Shown here one piece after another: positions 7,744-15,219 of a stretch of 29,142 nt of DNA; position 1 is the stretch's first letter, and each line of letters begins with the position of its first letter. A program made the position numbers and the translations under genes. Origin of the DNA: Actinomycetes bacterium (GTDB lineage Bacteria > Actinomycetota > Thermoleophilia > Gaiellales > Gaiellaceae); NCBI GenBank assembly GCA_025350775.1, contig JANXXF010000192.1, positions 1 to 29,142 of the forward strand. The letters are read 5' to 3'. The notes under the pieces were generated by a model. The model was given only the letters and a program-made list of their open reading frames with translations, ran no database searches and was not told the DNA's origin.

Positions 7744-8432
7744 GACAGCACCAGCTCGCGCAGGTCGCGGAGCTTCGTGTCGAGGCGCTTGCCCAGCAGC
7801 TCCAGCCGGTAGAGCGCCCCGGCCAGCGCGAACATGGCGACAAGGCAGACGAGGAACGTGCCGAACTGCGAGCCGGCCATCTGCGGCCCGTTCGTGGTGA
7901 ACGCGATCGGATGGATGTAGTTCTCGGCGAGGCGGATGGCGAGGAAGCTGATCGGGATCAGCACGACGCCAAAGAGCGCGTAGACGGCGCTGATGTTGGC
8001 ACGGCGCGGCCCGGCCTCGATCGAGTAGCGCAGCATGAAGTACGTGCAGTAGAAGAGGAAGATGACGAGGAAAAGCACGAGCTCCTGCTCGCCCCACAGC
8101 CACCAGTGGCCCCAGCGCAGCTTCGCCCAGATCGAGCCGGTGATGAGGGTGAGCGAGCCGAAGATCGTGCCCTGGTGGATGGCGACATAGCTCTCGAGGT
8201 CGGCGCCGGGCTTCTTCTTCCAGAGGTGGACGAGCGCCTTCCAGGCGCCCCAGCCGAAGGTAGCGTAGGCAGTGAGCGCGATCGGCACGTGGAAGTAGAA
8301 GATCTTCTGGTTGAGGCCGTCCTCGTCGACGGGCGCGTAGAAGAACGTCATCGCCGTGGCGACGCCGATCAGCAGGGTCGCCAGCAGGGCGAGGCCGACG
8401 GCGTTGTCGAGGGGGGCGATGAGCTTCTTCAC
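7740..8432 (-). CDS. ccmC: Heme exporter / cytochrome c biogenesis protein CcmC
   Basis: QKIFYFHVP, ITGSIWAKLRWGHWWLW (WWD-type domain), second His in YIHP; follows ccmAB. Confidence 0.88.
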   Translation of the reverse strand: MKKLIAPLDNAVGLALLATLLIGVATAMTFFYAPVDEDGLNQKIFYFHVPIALTAYATFGWGAWKALVHLWKKKPGADLESYVAIHQGTIFGSLTLITGSIWAKLRWGHWWLWGEQELVLFLVIFLFYCTYFMLRYSIEAGPRRANISAVYALFGVVLIPISFLAIRLAENYIHPIAFTTNGPQMAGSQFGTFLVCLVAMFALAGALYRLELLGKRLDTKLRDLRELVLS

Positions 8433-8459
8433 GGTGCGCTGCGGATTGTCGCAGAAGTC

Positions 8460-9101
8460 CTACTCGGCGACGACGTACTCGAACGTGGCCCAGGCGATGA
8501 CGCCGAAGATCGCGTCGTACATGGCGAGAAAGGCGAGGTATTTGCCGGGGTCGTCGGCGACGCTCGCGCCGACGGCGCCGACGATCACGGGGATCGTCAG
8601 AGGCAGCAGCAGGAGGGGCAGGATCAGCTCACGCGAGCGGCTGGCGGTGGCCATCGCCGCTACGAGCGCGCCGACGGCGCAGAGCCCGATGTCGGCGAGC
8701 GCGACCGCGGCGAGCAGGCTCCAGCCGATGTGCGCGAAGAACAGCCAGAAGGCGAGCAGGGCCACCACCTCGACCGCGGCGAGGAAGGCCAGCGCCGCCA
8801 CCGTCTTGGCCAGCCAGATCGCGCTGCGGTCGACCGGCGACAGCAGCAGCCCGTCGAACATGCTCTGCTCGCGCTCGGGCGCGTAGGTGCGCGTCAAGCC
8901 GAGCAGCGCCGTGAACAGGATCGCTATCCAGAGCAGGCCGAGCGCGGCGTTGTCGGAGCTGCCAGAGGGCAGGGCAAAGTGGAAGATCGTCATCGTCGAG
9001 AGCACGAACAGCGCCATCGCCGGCAGCGTGTCGCGGGCGCGCAGCTCCAGCCGCAGGTCCTTGACCGCGAGCGTGACGACGTCGCCGAAGTAGCCGTTCA
9101 C
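8460..9101 (-). CDS. ccmB: Heme exporter protein B (ABC permease)
   Basis: KDLRLELRAR, ERE..FDGLLLSP and LILPLLLLPLTIPVIVGAV motifs. Confidence 0.92.
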   Translation of the reverse strand: MNGYFGDVVTLAVKDLRLELRARDTLPAMALFVLSTMTIFHFALPSGSSDNAALGLLWIAILFTALLGLTRTYAPEREQSMFDGLLLSPVDRSAIWLAKTVAALAFLAAVEVVALLAFWLFFAHIGWSLLAAVALADIGLCAVGALVAAMATASRSRELILPLLLLPLTIPVIVGAVGASVADDPGKYLAFLAMYDAIFGVIAWATFEYVVAE

Positions 9102-9140
9102 GCCGCGACCCTGGCGCCACGCGCGCTCATGCCGCCCCCC

Positions 9141-9725
9141 TCACACGAACTCCAGCCGGTCGCTCGCCAGGTGCGCGATCCGCTCGGGGTCGTGGGTCGA
9201 GACGAGGAACGTGTGGGCGCCGCTGCGCTCGGCCAGGACGGCGTCGAGCAGCTCGGAGCCGGCTGCATCGAGCGCGGTGTACGGCTCGTCCAGCACGAGC
9301 AGCCGCGGCTCGTGCAGCAGCACCCGGCAGAGCGCGACGCGCTGCGTCATCCCGCGCGAGTAGGTCGAGACGCGGTTGTCGCGCTCGTCCCACATGCCGA
9401 ACCGCTCGAGCAGGGCGCGGATGCGGGCCTGCCGCTCGGGGACGCGGTAGAGCCGGGCGAAGAGCTCGAGGTTCTCGAGCGCGGTCAGCTCGCGATAGAC
9501 GAGCGGCTCGTGACCGAGGTAGCCGAGCTCGCCCCGCTCGACGCCGAGCTCGAGGGTGCCCCCGGTGGGCGAGGAGAGACCGGCGCACAGCCGCAGCAGC
9601 GTCGACTTGCCCGAGCCGTTCGGCCCGGTGACGAGCAGGAAGCCCCCCTCCGGCAGCGCGAACGAGAGCTTCTGGAGCACGCGCTTGTCGCCGAAGCGCT
9701 TTGCAAGCTGCGCGGCCCGGATCAC
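9141..9725 (-). CDS. ccmA: Heme ABC exporter ATP-binding protein
   Basis: Walker A GPNGSGKST, signature YSRGM, Walker B LLVLDEP; upstream of ccmB. Confidence 0.9.
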   Translation of the reverse strand: MIRAAQLAKRFGDKRVLQKLSFALPEGGFLLVTGPNGSGKSTLLRLCAGLSSPTGGTLELGVERGELGYLGHEPLVYRELTALENLELFARLYRVPERQARIRALLERFGMWDERDNRVSTYSRGMTQRVALCRVLLHEPRLLVLDEPYTALDAAGSELLDAVLAERSGAHTFLVSTHDPERIAHLASDRLEFV

Positions 9726-9729
9726 GGCG

Positions 9730-10593
9730 TCACACGAGCGCGTCAGCGAGGACCCAGGCGAAGAAGGCGACGCTGATCACGCCGTTCATCGTGAAGAAGG
9801 CCATGTCCAGACGCTTGAGGTTGCCGGGCGAGACGAGGGTGTGCTCATAGGCGAGGAGAGCCGCGACGGTGACGACACCGAGCCAGTAGAGAGCGCCGAC
9901 CGGTAGCCCGAGGCCTGCGGCGACCAGCGCGACGACGGTTAGCAGGTGGAAGGCGCGGGCGCCGACGAAACAGCCCTTCACCCCGAAGCGCGTGGCCCAC
10001 GAGTGGAGGCCCTGCTCGCGGTCGACCTCGAGGTCGAAGAGGGCATAGAAGAGGTCGAAGCCGGCGATCCAGAAGGCGACTGCCGCGCCGAGCGCCCACG
10101 CCTCCCACGGCAGGTCACCACGGATCGCCGCCCATGCACCAACCGGCGCCAACCCGTCCACGACGCCCAGCCAGAGGTGGCACAGCCAGGTGAAGCGCTT
10201 GAGATAGGGGTAGACGACGAAGGCGATGACCGGGATCGGCCACAGGTACTGAACGAGCGGGTCGAGCTGGTAGACGGCGACGAGGAAGAGCGCGAGCGAG
10301 GCTGCGCAGAAGGCGACGACCTGCCACACCCGGAGCTGGCCGCTGGGGATCTCGCGCACCGCGGTGCGCGGGTTGCGCGCGTCGATGCCGGCATCGATCA
10401 GCCGGTTGAGCGCCATCGCCAGCGAGCGGGCGCCAACCATCGCCAGCGTGATCCAAACAAGGTCGTGGGCGCTGGGCGAGCCGTCCACGGCGAGGAAGCC
10501 GCCGATGTACGCGAACGGCAGCGCGAAGACCGTGTGCTCAATCTTGACGAGCCGCGCGAAGCGGGCCGGCAGGGGCGTGGCGGTGGCCGTCAC
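9730..10593 (-). CDS. mqnP: UbiA-family prenyltransferase, MqnP-type (futalosine menaquinone pathway)
   Basis: VKIEHTVFALPFAY, NRLIDAGIDARNPRT, YPYLKRFT and GFDLFYALFD motifs. Confidence 0.85.
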   Translation of the reverse strand: MTATATPLPARFARLVKIEHTVFALPFAYIGGFLAVDGSPSAHDLVWITLAMVGARSLAMALNRLIDAGIDARNPRTAVREIPSGQLRVWQVVAFCAASLALFLVAVYQLDPLVQYLWPIPVIAFVVYPYLKRFTWLCHLWLGVVDGLAPVGAWAAIRGDLPWEAWALGAAVAFWIAGFDLFYALFDLEVDREQGLHSWATRFGVKGCFVGARAFHLLTVVALVAAGLGLPVGALYWLGVVTVAALLAYEHTLVSPGNLKRLDMAFFTMNGVISVAFFAWVLADALV

Positions 10594-11122
10594 GTCTGCC
10601 GGTGGTGGAGCTCCGGCGCATCGGCGAGGAGCTCGATGGCATGGTGGAGCGCCGGGCGGAGCACCGCGAAGCCGTCGCGGCAGCCGCCGGGCGAGCCCGG
10701 GAGATTGACGACGAGCGCCGAGCGGTGGACGCCGGCGAGGCCGCGCGAGAGCAGCGCGTGCGGCGTGCGGGCGATCGAGTCGGCGCGGATCGCCTCGGCG
10801 ATGCCGGGCGCCAGGCGGTCGAGCACGGTCGCGGTCGCCTCGGGCGTGACGTCGCGTGGGGCGAGGCCGGTGCCACCGGTGGTGAGCACGACGCGGGCGC
10901 CGGCGGCGGCGAGCTCGGTGATGGCGGCGGCGATCTGGTCGCGCTCGTCGGGAACGACGCGGCGCGCCACCTGGAAGCCCTCGGCGGCGAGCAGCTCGGC
11001 GAGCGTCTCGCCGCTGCGGTCGTCGCGGACGCCGTGGTGGACGCCGTCGGAGACGGTGAGGACTGCCGCGGCCGGCGGAGCCCCGTCGGGCGACGCGGCG
11101 GCGTCCCTCGCCGGGTCGGCGC

Positions 11123-11126
<4 letters not shown>
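10590..11126 (-). CDS. mogA: MogA/MoaB-family molybdenum cofactor biosynthesis protein
   Basis: [29 protein letters not shown] and NLPGSP motifs. Confidence 0.9.
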
Positions 11127-11587
<461 letters not shown>

Positions 11588-11591
11588 CGTG

Positions 11592-11615
11592 TTAGCATGC
11601 TAATACGCTAGCATG
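11592..11615. promoter_or_regulatory. Palindromic candidate operator upstream of moaC
   Basis: TTAGCATGCTAA (11592-11603) is a perfect palindrome; CATGCTA-N6-TAGCATG (11596-11615) is a second overlapping inverted repeat. AT-rich patch in GC-rich DNA. Confidence 0.5.
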
Positions 11616-11645
11616 GCTCGACCGCTGCTGCGGGGCCACGACTCG

Positions 11646-11651
11646 ATGTTA
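11646..11651 (-). promoter_or_regulatory. Putative -10 element (TAACAT) for the moaC operon
   Basis: GGTAACAT followed after 6 nt by GTG at 11639, matching the leaderless spacing seen elsewhere in the window. Confidence 0.4.
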
Positions 11652-11741
11652 CCGGGACGGCTCCGCCGCCCGTGCGACGGGGGATACACCTGGGCGACCG
11701 GACGCTGCCGCTCGAGCGATCGCAACCAGCCGTCATGGCGA

Positions 11742-11794
11742 CCCGTGCCGCGACAGCCCGTGCCGCGACAGCCCGTGCCGCGGCACCCTGTCGC
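11742..11794. repeat. 15-bp tandem repeat (CCCGTGCCGCGACAG x2 plus variant) ending in a hairpin; possible htrA terminator
   Basis: Units at 11742, 11757 and 11772. GCGACAG (11765-11771) pairs with CTGTCGC (11788-11794) around the palindrome GTGCCGCGGCAC. Confidence 0.75.
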
Positions 11795-11807
11795 TGCCAC
11801 CAGCGCT

Positions 11808-13010
11808 TCAGCCCGTGCGCGTCGGCAACCGCTCGCCCAGCCTGACCTTTACGACGAAGCGCTTCGTGCCACGGAGCACCGTGAAGGGCACCACCTGGCC
11901 GGGCTCGAGACCGGTGGCGACAACGCGCGAGACGTCGTCCGCGTTACGGATCGGCCGGCCCGCGATGGCGACGATGACATCACCGCCGACCCGGAAGGTG
12001 GCACCGTTGACCTCGACGTTCCGCGTCCCACCGCGGAGACCCGCTGCCGCCGCGCCCGTCCCTGGGTCGACCCGCTCGATGACCGCGCCCTCGGCAACCG
12101 GATACGCAAGCACTCTGGCAATCGACGGGGTCAGATCCTCGCTGCGAATGCCGACGAGGGCGTAGCGAACGTGACCGGTAGCAATAATCTGGTTCAACGC
12201 TCGCTGCGCTGCATCAATCGGGACGGCGAAGCCAACGCCCTCGGCCACGCCCGAGCTGCTGCGGATCTGCGCACTGATGCCGATCACCCTGCCGGCAGCG
12301 TCGAACAGGGGCCCGCCAGAGTTGCCGTGGTTGATCGGCGCGTCGACCTGGATCGCATCGACGAGGTTGTAGTCCGAGGTCAGCGAGGCGATCGAGCGGC
12401 GCGTGGCCGAGACGACACCTACCGACAGCGAGCCCTCGTTGCCGAACGGGCTGCCGATCGCCGCCACCGGGTCGCCGACGCGCACGGCGGCGGACTCGCC
12501 CAGCGGAACCGGTAGCAGCGCATGCTGGCGCGGATCGACCTTCAACACGCCGACGTCCGAGAAGACGTCCCAGCCGACGATCCTTGCAGCCACCCGGTCG
12601 CGATCGTCGAACTCGACGTAGACCGTTGTGGCGGCACGCACGCCGGCGCCGCTGCCGCTGCCGGCATCCGTCACGACGTGCGCGCTCGTGAGAATCGTGC
12701 CGTCGGTCGAGACGACGAAGCCCGAGCCCTGGCTCGCTACGCCCGCCGCACCGGCGAAGACCGCGTCGATGGTGACCACGCCACTCGACCGCTGTCGATA
12801 GATACGCGCAGGCTCGAAGGCCCCGGACGAGATCGCGACCGTGGCCGCGGCCACCGGTGCCGGCGTCGCGAACGCGACGACCGGAGTGTCGGCCGGCGCA
12901 ATCGCGGTGCTGCTACCGATCCAACCGGCCCAGGTGCCGATTCCAACGGCGGCGACACCGCCGGCGAGCGCTGCGGCAAAGGCAATAGCAACGCTCGGCC
13001 GGGGGCCCAT
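11808..13010 (-). CDS. htrA: HtrA/DegP-family S1C serine protease with PDZ domain
   Basis: N-terminal TM, GSGF, TSAHVV, DVGVLKV, GNSGGPL and a C-terminal PDZ (GDVIVAIAG). TATCGT hexamer 7 nt before ATG 13010. Confidence 0.95.
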   Translation of the reverse strand: MGPRPSVAIAFAAALAGGVAAVGIGTWAGWIGSSTAIAPADTPVVAFATPAPVAAATVAISSGAFEPARIYRQRSSGVVTIDAVFAGAAGVASQGSGFVVSTDGTILTSAHVVTDAGSGSGAGVRAATTVYVEFDDRDRVAARIVGWDVFSDVGVLKVDPRQHALLPVPLGESAAVRVGDPVAAIGSPFGNEGSLSVGVVSATRRSIASLTSDYNLVDAIQVDAPINHGNSGGPLFDAAGRVIGISAQIRSSSGVAEGVGFAVPIDAAQRALNQIIATGHVRYALVGIRSEDLTPSIARVLAYPVAEGAVIERVDPGTGAAAAGLRGGTRNVEVNGATFRVGGDVIVAIAGRPIRNADDVSRVVATGLEPGQVVPFTVLRGTKRFVVKVRLGERLPTRTG

Positions 13011-13046
13011 GCAGCTCACGATAGCTGGCCACGACTCGCAGCGTTT

Positions 13047-14474
13047 TCACGTGGAAACGGTGTGCTCGCGAGCTGTGTCACTCACTACGGGGCAATCTGC
13101 GGCGGGCAATACGAGCGCAAACGTCGCGCCCCCGCCTGCCGACGAGAGCTCGAGCCGCCCGCTCATCCGCACGGCAAGCTCGCGCGCGATCGCCAGCCCG
13201 AGGCCGCTGCCGGAGGCGCGCGCGCCATCGACGCGATAGAACCGCTCGAAGATGCGCGCATGGTGCTCGCCGGGAATGCCGGGCCCATCGTCGGCAACGC
13301 TGCAGCGAACTTCCCGCCGCACCTCGTCTGTGGTGGTCGTCACGACTACGCGCGACCCCGCCGGCGTATGGCGGAGGGCATTCTCGACCAGGACCCGCCC
13401 GATCTGCCGCACTCGTTCCTCGTCGCCGACACCCTCGGCGCGTCCCGCCACCAGCTGCAACACGTGCCCGCCCCGTTGCGCTGCCGGCCCGAGCTCTTCG
13501 ATCAGCTCGGCAGCCACACGCGCCAGGTCGAACGGCGCCACATCCACTCGCAGCTTGCCCGCGTCCAACCTCGAGAGGTCGAGCAGCTCGTCTGCCAGCT
13601 TCGTTAGCCGTGCCATCTGCCCTCGCATCGAAGCGACGAACTCCTGCCGCGTGTCAGCGTCCATCTCCTCCTCGGCGAGGAGCTCGAGCGCACCGCCCAG
13701 CGCGAAGATCGGCGTTCGCAACTCGTGCGAAGCATTGGCGATGAATTCGCGGCGTGCGTTATCGAGGCCGCGCAGCCGCTCGCGCATGCGGTCGAAAGTC
13801 GCAGCGAGCTGACCGAGTTCGTCGCGCCCGGCGTCGATCACCGCGTCGTCGAAGGAGCCGTCCGCGATGCGATCGGCGGCCCGCTCCAGCCGACGGATCC
13901 GCCGGGCGAACACCGAGGCGCCGCCGAAGCCGATCCCAGCCGCCACCAACAGCCCCACCAGCCCGGCGAGCACGAGCCGTCGCTCAACGAGCCGGATATT
14001 CGAGATCGAGTCCGCGAGCGGCAACTGCAGCATCACCACGTACTCGAGGCGCCCCACCGGTACCGCGACCTCGGCGAAGCGAACGCCGCCGTGGCTCACA
14101 GTCCCGTCCAGGAGCCGGCCGGCCTCGGCCGCCCGGAGCACCAACGGGTCGTCGCTGACATCCCTCGAGGTAGCGCCGCGTGAATCGGCGGCGACACGAA
14201 CCGCGGTTGGCCTGATCGAGTCGATGTCGTAGATCACGACGCGCGCGCCGTGGCGGTAGCTCGCCACGTCGGCGTAGTCGTTCCAGGCAAACGGATCGCG
14301 CGGAAGCTGCGCGATCACATCGGGTACCGCCTGCCGCAGCGTGGCCTGCTTGGCGTCGATCAGCCGGCTCTCCAACGACGGCACGACGATCACGTAGACA
14401 AGGCCGAGGGCCACCGCCACCACGAGCGCGAGCGCAAGGCTCAGCCGCGCGCCAACGCCCCGCAGGACCGTCAT
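13047..14474 (-). CDS. HAMP-domain sensor histidine kinase
   Basis: Two TMs, HAMP (DELGQLAATFDRM), H-box ASHELRTP, N-box ENALRH, DDGPGI and GSGLGLAIA. Confidence 0.95.
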   Translation of the reverse strand: MTVLRGVGARLSLALALVVAVALGLVYVIVVPSLESRLIDAKQATLRQAVPDVIAQLPRDPFAWNDYADVASYRHGARVVIYDIDSIRPTAVRVAADSRGATSRDVSDDPLVLRAAEAGRLLDGTVSHGGVRFAEVAVPVGRLEYVVMLQLPLADSISNIRLVERRLVLAGLVGLLVAAGIGFGGASVFARRIRRLERAADRIADGSFDDAVIDAGRDELGQLAATFDRMRERLRGLDNARREFIANASHELRTPIFALGGALELLAEEEMDADTRQEFVASMRGQMARLTKLADELLDLSRLDAGKLRVDVAPFDLARVAAELIEELGPAAQRGGHVLQLVAGRAEGVGDEERVRQIGRVLVENALRHTPAGSRVVVTTTTDEVRREVRCSVADDGPGIPGEHHARIFERFYRVDGARASGSGLGLAIARELAVRMSGRLELSSAGGGATFALVLPAADCPVVSDTAREHTVST

Positions 14475-15169
14475 CGATCCCGGAAGCGGTACCCGACGCC
14501 TCGGACCGTGTAGATGTACTGCGGCTCACTCGGGCTGCGCTCGATCTTCTCGCGCAGATGGCGGACGTGGACGTCGATCGTGCGCGGCTCACGCCAGGCG
14601 GAGCTACCCCAGAGCTCCTCCAGCAGCGCCGATCGCGAAAACACGCGGCCGGGATGGGCTGCGAGCGCGCAGAGCAGCTCGAACTCGACGTACGTCAGTT
14701 GCACCGGTAGGCCGTCCACCTCGACGCTGCGACGCGCTAGGTCGATCTTCAGCGCGTCCACTTGAATCGTCTCCGTCTCACGGCTCTCCGGACGAGCGAG
14801 CACCGACCGTCGCAGCAGCGCCTTGACGCGCGAGCGGAACTCGCGCAACGAGAATGGCTTCGTCATGTAGTCATCCGCGCCGAGCTCGAGGCCGAGCACC
14901 TTGTCGAGCTCGTCGTCCCGAGCCGTCAACATGATGATCGGCACGCTGCTCGTGGCCCGCAGACGCTTGCAGACCTCGATGCCGTCGAGCTTCGGCAGCA
15001 TCAGGTCGAGCACGACCAGATCCGGCTGTCGGGTCGCGAACAGCGCGAGCGCCTCCTCGCCGTCGAACGCCTGGACGACCTGATATCCGTCCCGCTCGAG
15101 AGCGAAGGCGAGGTTCTTCTGGATGGCCTCTTCGTCGTCGACGACGAGGATGGTCGGGTTCTCTGGCAT
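14471..15169 (-). CDS. OmpR/PhoB-family response regulator
   Basis: LVVDDE, LDLMLP, LTA, GADDYMTKPF and winged helix ending TVRGVGYRF; overlaps the kinase start. Confidence 0.96.
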   Translation of the reverse strand: MPENPTILVVDDEEAIQKNLAFALERDGYQVVQAFDGEEALALFATRQPDLVVLDLMLPKLDGIEVCKRLRATSSVPIIMLTARDDELDKVLGLELGADDYMTKPFSLREFRSRVKALLRRSVLARPESRETETIQVDALKIDLARRSVEVDGLPVQLTYVEFELLCALAAHPGRVFSRSALLEELWGSSAWREPRTIDVHVRHLREKIERSPSEPQYIYTVRGVGYRFRDR

Positions 15170-15203
15170 AGAGGCCGACGCCGCACGCCTGGCGGGTCAC
15201 CCC

Positions 15204-15210
15204 TACTATA
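15204..15210. promoter_or_regulatory. Overlapping divergent -10 elements (TACTAT on +, TATAGT on -)
   Basis: TACTATA in the 50-nt gap between the response regulator and the M28-fold gene. Confidence 0.4.
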
Positions 15211-15219
15211 GCCCGCGCG

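Noticed and set aside
11742-11786. CRISPR-like array
   Set aside because: Units are 15 bp, directly adjacent with no spacers, and there are no cas genes.
11613-11800. Moco riboswitch upstream of moaC (also checked upstream of moeA)
   Set aside because: I could not find the conserved Moco RNA segments or a GGAAAGG-type SD stem. An Infernal search would be decisive.
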